In this document: one piece after another, positions 25,580-35,500 of the stretch
Layout of the letters: each line of letters starts with the position of its first letter
Numbering within the stretch: the stretch's first letter is position 1
DNA from: an uncultured virus (IMG/VR IMGVR_UViG_3300048930_000898)
Lineage: Duplodnaviria; Heunggongvirae; Uroviricota; Caudoviricetes
Length of the DNA: 64,000 bases
Reading direction: 5' to 3' (one strand)
IMG/VR virus record: IMGVR_UViG_3300048930_000898
Program-made: the position numbers and the translations under genes
The notes under the pieces: generated by a model
What the model was told of the DNA's origin: nothing
The model's input: the letters and a program-made list of their open reading frames with translations, nothing else
The model's database searches: none

Positions 25580-28216
25580 ATGGGAAATAATCAACTAAAA
25601 CTATCAGGAGGTCTCCGTTTAGGTAATGCTAACGCAGATCTATCAACACCTTCATCAGGTCTTGTATACTTTAATACAGGATCAAGTCAACTTCGACTAT
25701 ATGACGGTTCAACCTGGGTAAGCTTGGCTGTTGCTTCTAACGAATTTAACGATAACGTATTTCGTATTCGTGATAGTGCCGATATTACTAAGAAATTAGC
25801 ATTTGAAGTTGACGGTGTTACTACCGGAACAACTCGCACAATTACAATGCCAGATGCTGATGTTGATCTTGGTAATCTCACCAATTCAAATATTTCAGCT
25901 TCTGCTGCGATTGCTTATTCTAAACTTAACTTAACAGGAAGTGTCGTAAATGCGGATATTAGTGCCTCTGCTGCTATCGCTTATAGTAAACTTAACCTTT
26001 CTGGCAGCATTGTTAACGCTGATGTCTCTGCTTCTGCGGCAATTGCCTACAGCAAATTAAGCTTAACAAACAGCATTGTTAATGCGGACATTAGCTCTTC
26101 GGCTGCAATCGACTATAGCAAACTTAACCTTGCTAATAGCATTGTTAATGCCGACGTTGCTGCTGGTGCTGCTATTGCTAGAACAAAACTAGCTTCAGGT
26201 TCTGCACACCGATTGGTTGTAAACGATGCTTCTGGCGTAATGGCAGATGCTGCTGCAATTACAGCAGATCGCGCTCTTGTGTCGGATGCAAATGGCATTC
26301 CTACGCATTCTGCAGTAACTGCCACTGAACTTGGCTATGTCTCTGGAGTTACAAGCAGCATTCAAACCCAGCTTAATGCAAAAGCAAATGATGCTGATGT
26401 TATTAAAAAAGATGGATCGGTTGCTTTTACTGGCGATCAGTCCATGGGTGGAAATCAGCTTACAAACCTAGGAGCACCAATTGCTGCTAGTGATGCTGCT
26501 ACAAAATCATATGTAGATAGCGTTGCCGAAGGTCTTAAGCCTAAAGCTGCAGCTCGTCTTGCTTCAACGGCAAACTTGTCTCTAAGTGGTCTTGCCGACA
26601 TTGATGGTGTAACTCCTGCTGCTGGTGATCGTATTCTTGTTAAAGATCAAACCGCTGCAGAAGATAATGGTATCTATGTTGCAGCAGCTGGCGCATGGTC
26701 ACGTTCTACGGACTTTGATAGTCTTTCTCCTATTGATGAAATCAACGGAGCGATGGTTGCAGTTCAAGAAGGTACGTTAAACGCTGGAAAGGTGTTCGTA
26801 CAAAGTGGAACTGTTACTACAATTGGAACAGATCCTATTGAATTTGTATTTTTTAACTCTTCTGCTTCACTTACTGGTGGAGACGGTATTACAGTATCTG
26901 GTAGCAACATTAGTGTTGATCATGATGGCGAAGGTCTCACTTTTGTATCAACACAATTAGCGCTAGAACTTGATGGTGCAACTCTTAGCAAATCTGTAAC
27001 TGGTCTTAAAGTTGCTGACGCCGGTGTAACAGAAACACAATTAGCTTCTTCCGTAGCAGGATCTGGTCTTGCGGGTGGCGCTGGTACGCCTCTGTCTGTA
27101 AATGTTGATGGACAAGGTATTGAAATCTCAGCCGACCAACTTACTCTGGAACTAGATGGATCTACTCTTAGTAAATCTGCCTCTGGTTTAAAAGTTGCGA
27201 CCGGCGGTATTACTAATACAGAAGTAAACGCCTCTGCAGCAATTGATTACAGCAAGCTTAACCTTGTTGGAAGTATCGTAAACGCTGACGTTTCTGCATC
27301 AGCTGCCATCGCATATAGCAAACTTGCTTTGTCGAACAGCATCGTAAACGCAGACATTTCGGCTTCAGCAGCAATTGCTTATAGTAAGCTGGCTTTGTCA
27401 AACAGCATTGTAAACGCAGATATCTCAGCTTCGGCAGCAATTGCCTACAGCAAACTTGATCTATCTGCAAGCATCGTAAACGCAGATATTTCAGCTTCTG
27501 CTGCGATTGCTTATAGCAAACTTGCTTTGTCGAACAGCATCGTAAACGCCGATATTGCTACGGGCGCTGCGATTGCTCTAGATAAACTTGCATCTTTAAC
27601 GGCAGATAGAGCCCTGGTTTCCAATGGTTCTGGCGTAGTTAGCGTTTCTGCTGTAACTGCAACTGAATTAGGATATCTTGCTGGGGTTACAAGCAGCGTT
27701 CAAACTCAACTTGATGATAAAGTTGAAGGACCTCTTTCTTCAACAGACGAAGCTATTGCACGCTTTGATGGTACTACAGGTAAACTTATCCAGAATACCA
27801 CAAATGCAACCTTGAGTGATTCCGGTAGCTTAACTATTGCTGACACGTTTAAACGTGGCGATAGCAGCATGTCAAACGTTGTAGAAGAAGAATATGTCCA
27901 TAGTGCATCTTTAACTGCATCTACTACGGCTGTTCTTAGTTCTTTAACCTATGACAGTAAGGCCTTTAAAGGCGTTCAAGTGGAATATGTTGCCAGAAAT
28001 GGTAATGCTGTAAGAACTGGCAAAATCCTCATTGTTAATGACAATGCGCTTTCTGTTGCTTCTTCTGATGTATCTCTTTTTGACAGTTCAACTGAAACTG
28101 CGGAAATTAACCTTTCCTTTTCAGCCGCTTTAAACGGAGATAACGTAGAAGTAAGCTATACGACCAGCTCAGGTACATACAGCATTAGCATGGACGTAAA
28201 ACGGCTTAAAGTCTAA
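25580..28216 (+). CDS. Long fibre protein with 20-aa repeats
   Basis: SIVNADISASAAIAYSKL repeats; DAATKSYVD; RILVKDQT...NGIY tail-fibre motif. Confidence 0.8.
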   Translation: MGNNQLKLSGGLRLGNANADLSTPSSGLVYFNTGSSQLRLYDGSTWVSLAVASNEFNDNVFRIRDSADITKKLAFEVDGVTTGTTRTITMPDADVDLGNLTNSNISASAAIAYSKLNLTGSVVNADISASAAIAYSKLNLSGSIVNADVSASAAIAYSKLSLTNSIVNADISSSAAIDYSKLNLANSIVNADVAAGAAIARTKLASGSAHRLVVNDASGVMADAAAITADRALVSDANGIPTHSAVTATELGYVSGVTSSIQTQLNAKANDADVIKKDGSVAFTGDQSMGGNQLTNLGAPIAASDAATKSYVDSVAEGLKPKAAARLASTANLSLSGLADIDGVTPAAGDRILVKDQTAAEDNGIYVAAAGAWSRSTDFDSLSPIDEINGAMVAVQEGTLNAGKVFVQSGTVTTIGTDPIEFVFFNSSASLTGGDGITVSGSNISVDHDGEGLTFVSTQLALELDGATLSKSVTGLKVADAGVTETQLASSVAGSGLAGGAGTPLSVNVDGQGIEISADQLTLELDGSTLSKSASGLKVATGGITNTEVNASAAIDYSKLNLVGSIVNADVSASAAIAYSKLALSNSIVNADISASAAIAYSKLALSNSIVNADISASAAIAYSKLDLSASIVNADISASAAIAYSKLALSNSIVNADIATGAAIALDKLASLTADRALVSNGSGVVSVSAVTATELGYLAGVTSSVQTQLDDKVEGPLSSTDEAIARFDGTTGKLIQNTTNATLSDSGSLTIADTFKRGDSSMSNVVEEEYVHSASLTASTTAVLSSLTYDSKAFKGVQVEYVARNGNAVRTGKILIVNDNALSVASSDVSLFDSSTETAEINLSFSAALNGDNVEVSYTTSSGTYSISMDVKRLKV

Positions 28217-28217
28217 A

Positions 28218-28235
28218 TTAATAAGTAGTATTAAG
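28218..28235 (+). promoter_or_regulatory. Putative late promoter, copy 7
   Basis: TTAATAAGTAGTATTAAG. Confidence 0.7.
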
Positions 28236-28303
28236 AGATTAACCGGACCACACTGGTCCGGTTAACTTATTATTGCCAAAAATGAGGACTGAGGGAATTA
28301 TAA

Positions 28304-30799
28304 ATGGCTAAAGACTTTCTAAAGATTTTTAAAGGTATTAATTTTGCAGGCCAAGCGTCTGCGCCTTCATCACCAGCAAACGGTGATGTATACTACGACA
28401 CTACATTACAAAAACTTCGTTGTTATCAAAACGGAGTCTGGGTAGATCTTTCTGACTCAGATGGTACTGTTCTTCTTGCTGATGGTAGTGCAGCAAATCC
28501 CAGTTTATCATTTACTAATAGCCCAACAACTGGTCTATTTCGTAAAGCTGCAGATAGTTTAGGTTTTTCTGCAGCCGGCGTAGAAGTTGGTAGTTATTCA
28601 TCTACTGGAGCTTTTACTATTGGTCGAGTTGCTACTGGGGTCCAGCAAACATTAAATACTGAAAACGGTCCTATTCTTGCTTCGTTTACTGCAGCTTTTA
28701 ACAGTAGTCGTCTTTTTTACACTGACTCCACTACAGGGGCCATTGGACTTGCCGGTGGAACCGGAGGATCAAGCGGATCTAATATATACGTATTTGGCTC
28801 TTCTCATTCAACAAACGCTAATCAAATTTTATTTAGACTAGACACTTCAACAATTGGATCAGTAAACTCTAGTGGAGCCTGGACGCTAGGAGCCAGCGGC
28901 GGGACTCAGACTCATACGTTTAACGGAGCTAGGGTTGATCTTACCGGCAGTTCTTCAAATTTTAATCAAATTGTTTCTGATCCCGGCGCCGCTGGTACAT
29001 TTCAACTTCGCTTAAATAATAATACATCCCAAGTTAATATTAGAGGTGGAAGCGGTTCAACATCTGCTGGATTGACAGCATACGGCAGCTCTCATGCAAC
29101 TCGCGCAAACCAGCTTTCTTTTCATGGAGCATCTGGGACTGAATATATGTCCATGGCGGCAACAGGGGACTTAACACTTTCTACATCTACTGCTGGTGGA
29201 ATTAGATCGCTTGTTATTGAAAATACTTCTACTGCAGTTGACATTCAACGAGCAGATCTTCTTCTTAAAGTTGATGATAATTCAACCGGATCTGCTAGAA
29301 TTAGATTTCAAACTGGACCATCTAGTACTCAATATACAACAATTGGAAACGATGCTGCAGATTCTGATTCCTTTATAATTGCAAAAGGAAATGGCCTTGG
29401 ATCTCAAATAAATTTTAAAGTATCATCTAATAGTATTATTACACTAGGCGTTGTAGGAAACGTTGACACACATAATTTAAATGGTAGTTATCAGGTTTCC
29501 AGAGGAATGGTTTTAACAGGCTCAACTTTAACTACAACTAGAGTATTTGATACAGGAGCAGGATCTGGTCATGTTACAAATACTACTCAGATCGGTATTG
29601 ATAGTCGATTTACAGCAACTTCTAATGCAACCGCTGGTGTTGAAGGTATAAGATCAAATCCAACAACAGTAAACGCTGTTTATACAGTACCATATCTGTC
29701 AGCATTTTATGCAAACAATTCAGCAAAAGGCGCATCGTCTACAATTACTCGTCATTTAATGTATGGAGGTACAACTCCAAATCAAGGTACTAATAATGCT
29801 TTTATTTCAGATAACGTTTCATTCACTGGTAACTGGTTCATCAACAGCACGAGCACGAACCCATCACGCATCGGCGGAAACCTCGGAATCGGAACAGATC
29901 CAAGCAATGATATAGCTTTACGCTTACAAAGAACAATTCCAGGATCAGCCACTACAAAGTACTCGCTCTGGAATACGCCGGTATTTAGCAGTACCACAAC
30001 TTCTGCTGGCCAGGGTGTATTTTCTCGTGTTGAACTTGAGAACGCTTCCTTCACAATGGCCAACGCCTATAATTTTATTGCCGGTACTCCTATTAAAGGC
30101 GCTTCGGCAACTCTTACGCGCTATCACGCATTTTACAGCTCCACATGGACGGGCGTTGCAACAAACGCTGCAATGATAAGTGACAACACCAGTTTCACAG
30201 GGGACTGGGTTATTAATAGTACAAATACTAATCCTAGTCTATTAAGCGGACAAATCGCACTTGCTGGGACTTTAATTAATTCAAGTGCTTTAGTGCAAGT
30301 TGGTAGACAAGGATCAAATCAAACATTGTTATCAGGCGTAAACCAGCGCGGGTTAGAAGTTGATATTATTGGTAACACATCTGCAACAACTAACATCATT
30401 GGTATTAACTCGGTTACAAGAAGTCAAGCAAGTTCATTTACTTCTACATTATTACGAGGATATAATTCAGAAATTGTAATTGGAGCTTCATCTACTGTAA
30501 CTAGGGCTGTTAATTATTACATTTCAACATTAACAGTTAGTGGAACTTTGAATAATCGCGCCTCTATTGCAGATAACGTTTCTTTCACAGGCAACTGGTT
30601 TATCAACTCGACTTCTACAAATCCTAGCCTATTTAGTGGAACTTTAGAAGTCAATACAACAACCGGCGTATTTAAACCGCCCAGGATGACAACGGCACAA
30701 AGAGACTTATTAACTCCAGCTGCTGGCGATGTTATCTATAACACAACTACTAATAAACACCAGGGACATGACGGAACTAACTGGAACGATTTCTATTAA
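28304..30799 (+). CDS. Tail fibre / receptor-binding protein
   Basis: S/T/G-rich; C-terminal PPRMTTAQRD...IYNTT motif; internal repeated modules. Confidence 0.75.
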   Translation: MAKDFLKIFKGINFAGQASAPSSPANGDVYYDTTLQKLRCYQNGVWVDLSDSDGTVLLADGSAANPSLSFTNSPTTGLFRKAADSLGFSAAGVEVGSYSSTGAFTIGRVATGVQQTLNTENGPILASFTAAFNSSRLFYTDSTTGAIGLAGGTGGSSGSNIYVFGSSHSTNANQILFRLDTSTIGSVNSSGAWTLGASGGTQTHTFNGARVDLTGSSSNFNQIVSDPGAAGTFQLRLNNNTSQVNIRGGSGSTSAGLTAYGSSHATRANQLSFHGASGTEYMSMAATGDLTLSTSTAGGIRSLVIENTSTAVDIQRADLLLKVDDNSTGSARIRFQTGPSSTQYTTIGNDAADSDSFIIAKGNGLGSQINFKVSSNSIITLGVVGNVDTHNLNGSYQVSRGMVLTGSTLTTTRVFDTGAGSGHVTNTTQIGIDSRFTATSNATAGVEGIRSNPTTVNAVYTVPYLSAFYANNSAKGASSTITRHLMYGGTTPNQGTNNAFISDNVSFTGNWFINSTSTNPSRIGGNLGIGTDPSNDIALRLQRTIPGSATTKYSLWNTPVFSSTTTSAGQGVFSRVELENASFTMANAYNFIAGTPIKGASATLTRYHAFYSSTWTGVATNAAMISDNTSFTGDWVINSTNTNPSLLSGQIALAGTLINSSALVQVGRQGSNQTLLSGVNQRGLEVDIIGNTSATTNIIGINSVTRSQASSFTSTLLRGYNSEIVIGASSTVTRAVNYYISTLTVSGTLNNRASIADNVSFTGNWFINSTSTNPSLFSGTLEVNTTTGVFKPPRMTTAQRDLLTPAAGDVIYNTTTNKHQGHDGTNWNDFY

Positions 30800-30817
30800 T
30801 TTAAAGGAGACCAATAT

Positions 30818-31183
30818 ATGATGAAACCAATCGATGACGAGGGAAGATCAGCTAAGCTTGATAGTCTTAAAGAACTTCTTAAGGCTTTCAAAGAAAGCTC
30901 CCTTCAAAAACTACCTAAAGGAAAAGGCGTATCTATGATGTCTGTTTCCGTTTCTAAGCCTAAGAAAGAAGATATGGAAATGGAAGATGAAGATCTTTCA
31001 GAAGAAATGTCTCCTGAAGCAGAAGAAACAATGGAAGAAGACATGATGCCCGAAGCCGAAGGTGACATGGACGAAGAAATGGAAGAAGATGAAGACGAAT
31101 ATGAACTTCCTGAGCCTTCTGTTCCTAGTGATCTTATGGACCTCGTAAAAGAAATGCTGATGCGTAAAAAAGAAGAAAAATAA
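30818..31183 (+). CDS. Acidic low-complexity protein
   Basis: AAGGAG SD; E/D/M-rich. Confidence 0.75.
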   Translation: MMKPIDDEGRSAKLDSLKELLKAFKESSLQKLPKGKGVSMMSVSVSKPKKEDMEMEDEDLSEEMSPEAEETMEEDMMPEAEGDMDEEMEEDEDEYELPEPSVPSDLMDLVKEMLMRKKEEK

Positions 31184-31393
31184 ATGAAGGATCATAAACT
31201 AAAGGCGCTTCGTAAGCTTTTAGATCTTATGAAGACCCGACAAACTAAGAAGTTGTCTCCTTACTCTGAAGGAGCCAAGCTATCTGGAATGGCAGGATAT
31301 CTTCCTGATATGAAAGATGGCGGTAATATGGAACTTCAACGGAAGAAACTTCAAAAAGCAAAACCTTACGATCGCATTGAAAAGGATAAATAA
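31184..31393 (+). CDS. Small basic protein
   Basis: Coupled ORF. Confidence 0.65.
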   Translation: MKDHKLKALRKLLDLMKTRQTKKLSPYSEGAKLSGMAGYLPDMKDGGNMELQRKKLQKAKPYDRIEKDK

Positions 31394-31587
31394 TGGAAGC
31401 TGATAGCAAAAAAATGAAGCTAGATATGCTTAAGAAGCTGAAAGATAGTATGAAAAAAGTTTCATATAAAAAACTCGGCATTAAGCAACAACCTGGCGCA
31501 TCTTTAAAAAGCATGACAGATGGAAGTGGCGTTTCTAGCGTCAACCCCTCTTACCCTGGATTTAAAGATCCTTTTAAAAAGAAATAA
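31393..31587 (+). CDS. Small basic protein
   Basis: Coupled ORF. Confidence 0.65.
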   Translation: MEADSKKMKLDMLKKLKDSMKKVSYKKLGIKQQPGASLKSMTDGSGVSSVNPSYPGFKDPFKKK

Positions 31588-31599
31588 GGATAGTAACAA

Positions 31600-32574
31600 A
31601 TGGGATTTGACTACACTTCAGATGCTCTAATTAAAGACATTAAACGAAGAACATTTATGCCTATTAGTCAGATCACATATGATGATTCTGACATTCTTGA
31701 TTTTGCAGATGAAGAAACCCAAGTTGGCATTGTTCCTCTTTTAATGTCTGTAAGAGAAGACTATCTTGTAACCTATAAAGAAGATGCAATTCAAGCGGAC
31801 ACTGTTGCATATAATATGCATAAACGTGCTATTGTACAAAAACTTAAAGATGTCACTGTAATTGAGTCTAATTCAAATCCTGCAAATCCTATTGAAATTA
31901 GTATTCCTAGAATTCAATCTGATCAAGCCCCAAGTGGTCTCCTTAATAACTACCCAGGGTTTTATGTCAGAAATAATAAAGTAATTCTACAAAATCCTGA
32001 AGCTTTCACAGGTCAAAAACTTCGACAGTACTATTTTCTTAGACCAAGCAAACTGGTTACAACTATTAACGCTTGTAAGATTACTCGTGTTGGTCCAGAT
32101 TCTAGTCTTTCTCCTGTTCTTCAAGCAAATCAAATTGAAGTAAGTTTAATTCCAACAGAATTTGGAACTACTGCAACTTTTAATCAAACAGTAGATATCG
32201 TAAAAGGTAATCCCGGATTTGAAATCCTCTCAATGGATGTAGAGGCTACTTTTAATATTAATACCCTTATTATCACATTTTCTAGTTTAACGGAATTACC
32301 TGAAGAACTAGAAGTAAATGACTGGGTATGCTTAGCTGGTGAAACTGTAGTTCCCCAAATACCGGTTGAAATGCATCCGATTTTAGCTCAAAGAGCTGCA
32401 ATTAAAGTTTTAGAAGGAATGGGCGATAGCACTAACCTTCAACTTGCACAAGGAAAACTCAAAGAAATGGAAAAGGCTATTTTAGGTCTTTTAAGCAACC
32501 GGATTGAAGGAGAACCACAGAAGGTTATTAATCCGTATTCCCCACTTCGCGTTTATCCTTGGAGAAGATTTTAA
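31600..32574 (+). CDS. Head-to-tail adaptor (tail tubular A-like)
   Basis: LI..IKRR...D..IL...DEE N-terminus, PQIPVEMHPIL C-terminus; position before the nozzle. Confidence 0.65.
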   Translation: MGFDYTSDALIKDIKRRTFMPISQITYDDSDILDFADEETQVGIVPLLMSVREDYLVTYKEDAIQADTVAYNMHKRAIVQKLKDVTVIESNSNPANPIEISIPRIQSDQAPSGLLNNYPGFYVRNNKVILQNPEAFTGQKLRQYYFLRPSKLVTTINACKITRVGPDSSLSPVLQANQIEVSLIPTEFGTTATFNQTVDIVKGNPGFEILSMDVEATFNINTLIITFSSLTELPEELEVNDWVCLAGETVVPQIPVEMHPILAQRAAIKVLEGMGDSTNLQLAQGKLKEMEKAILGLLSNRIEGEPQKVINPYSPLRVYPWRRF

Positions 32575-32597
32575 TAATTTAAAAAAGGCTGTTTAAT

Positions 32598-35500
32598 ATG
32601 CCACAAAGTATTTTACTAAAAGCTAAAGGTCTCCACACGTACCCAAATCCTTTAAGCGCAATCCCAGATGGCGCGTTAGAAGTAGCTAAAAATCTTGTAA
32701 TAGATAGAGAAGATACTGCAGAACCAAGGCGTGGATTCAGTGAGATTGAATATCCACTCGGATTATCAAGTGATAATAGACCCGACCAATTAATTGTTTA
32801 TGGCGATGATGAGTTGATTGCTCATTATGGATTAGGAACAGATCCAACTAGACTTGCTTTTTTCATGTTTGAACAAGAGTTTAGTGCTGTTATTTCTTCG
32901 GGATCAAATGTTGTTTCTGACATATTGAGCACCAATGGTTACTATTCAAGTGCTGTTGTAAAAGCTGTAGTCATTGAAACCATCTTTTCTGGTGACCAAA
33001 CCCTTGGATCTAATACTTTAACAAATGTACTAACCACTCAAGGTTTATATGTTGGTCTACAAGTTGGAGGCAGAGGTATACCACCTGGCACCACGATAAC
33101 AGCAATCTCTGGTACCGGCCCATATACTGTTACTATTTCTAATAATGCACTTTTTACTGCGGTTGGTAATACTATTACAGCAAGTAATGAGAATTTAATT
33201 AACCTTCCAACAGATACAAGAGCAGTGGTTATAAATAACAATAACCTGGTTTTAGATCAAAATAGCTCATATACAAGCAGAACGTTGAATTTTGATCCTA
33301 CAGATGTCAACACAACGACCGATCTAATAACAATACCAAACCATGGATTATTAGACGGACAAACAGTTCAGTTTACTTCTAGTGGGACACTACCGGCACC
33401 ATTAGCAACTTCTACTTTATACTATATTGTTCAATCAAATAATGACACCTTTAGGTTGTCTACTGTTGCCAACGGTTCCGGTATCAATTTAACCAGCCAG
33501 GGTACGGGCGTTCATACAATGACAGTCCGTGATTTATTTACTATTGGCGGCTGGATTGATTATCCTGGGGTATTCGAAAAACCTGAAGGTAATATCAAAA
33601 TTAGATTTGCTGAACAAAACAATTCTCTTTTCTTAACAACAAAAGATGGAATACGTAAACTTGATAATATTGAAGGAATACGTTTAAAAGCCACCGTCAC
33701 CGATGGTTCTAACATTATTACAAATGTAGATGTTTTAGATATACATCCAGGTGAGTTAGTTTCAGGACCAGGAATCCCAGATGGGTCTATTGTAACAGAT
33801 CTATTAAGTGACACAAGTTTTGAAATTGACAACAACGTTTCATTACCCACAGGGGTAGTAAGTGCAAGTGATCAGCTTATCTTTGTACAACCAAGGCTTG
33901 CTGGTATTTCCTATGCACTTGATGGAGAAGCGGTATTAACTACTGATTTCAGTGGATTTTTACCTAATGACAGGGCAGTTCAATATTTTATTGTATGGGG
34001 GTATAAAGATGCAAATAACCGTATTGCTAGAGGTGCTCCATCTTCTGTCCTGGGGATTGTTGTTTCTAATAATACTGGTGAATCTAAAAACGTCCAAATA
34101 AAGGCTACAATTCCTAATGATATCACACCCGCTCATTTCTATCAAGTATATAGAAGCGGATTTTCTGCAAATGCAGCAAGTATACCTCCTTCTGAGTCTC
34201 GTTTAATTTATGAGGCCAATCCCACCTTTACTGATATTATTAATGGTATTATCACATTTAATGATAACGTTCCAGAAGAACTAAGAACAGGTGAGATATT
34301 ATATACATCTGAATCACAAGAGGGTATTCTACTTGGAAACTTTCCTCCCCCCTTTGGAACGGACATTGCTTCTTTTAAAAATAGTCTATTTATTAGTAAC
34401 ATTAAAACCAAGCACACCCTTGGTCTAACGATATTATCGGTAAGCGGCAACTTTAGTATACTTGGTAATACAGACAATAGTACACCCTTTAAAGCTTTAA
34501 CGATTTCTAATCCAGTTTTGAATATCACTGGAGATGTAACATCTGGTTCCCCTTTAATTGCAAATATTTCACCAACAGATATGGGTTCCATTGCAATTGG
34601 AATGACAATTACAGGAACTGGCATCCCTGAAGGTACAAAAGTTGCATCTTACGATTCTCCTTCAAGCATTAGAATAACCAAGAATGCAACTGCAACAAAC
34701 TTGGCAGTTTCTTTATCTTTGAGTATTACCGGTGTATCTCAAGGCCAATTGGTTTTTGGAACGCCCATTGGATCTGGTGCAAAATTAGTAGACACTTTTA
34801 ATGAGTTTATTATAACATCAAATACAGTTAACGCTAGTCCAATGTTGTTTAATCTATCAACAACAGCCGGTTTAAAAGAAGGTCAACCCGTTTCTGCTGC
34901 TTCTGGAATCCCAGCTGGCACACTTATTGAAAAAGTTTATGCAGGAAAATCTATATCATTTGTTGAAAATAACACAGATGATATTACTGATACATTTACT
35001 CTAAATGGTCATGGTCTAGAAAATGGAAATGTTGTAACGTTTGAGGGAAGTTCTTTACCTACCGGCATTTCCACAGGTACATTCTACTACATTATATCTG
35101 CATCTGCAAACACCTTTCAAATTTCCACCACTTTTGGTGGAAGTGCTTTAAACTTTACCACCACAGGTGCCGGTTCAATAGTACTTTCACCACAGGTTAG
35201 AATGACCGACAACGCTTCCGCTAGCGTTAGTGGCCTCGTGGTAACCTTTGGAGCGGGCTTTAAATTAGATACGCCTTCTACTGCCACCACCACAGGCGCA
35301 ACAATTACTTTTAAAAATGGAACGGGTGGAATTGAAGTTAATGATACTCTTACTGTAGCTGGAGTTACATATACGGCTGGCGCATATGAGGACTATACTG
35401 GCGTAAATCGACAGTTTCGAGTATATTCTCATGGAACCCCAGCTCAAAATATCACAAATACCGCCCTATCCCTGATTAGGGTTGTAAATAGACAAGGTTC

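Noticed and set aside
29790..30630. Diversity-generating retroelement template/variable repeats
   Set aside because: Differences between repeats are not adenine-specific and no reverse transcriptase is seen in the window
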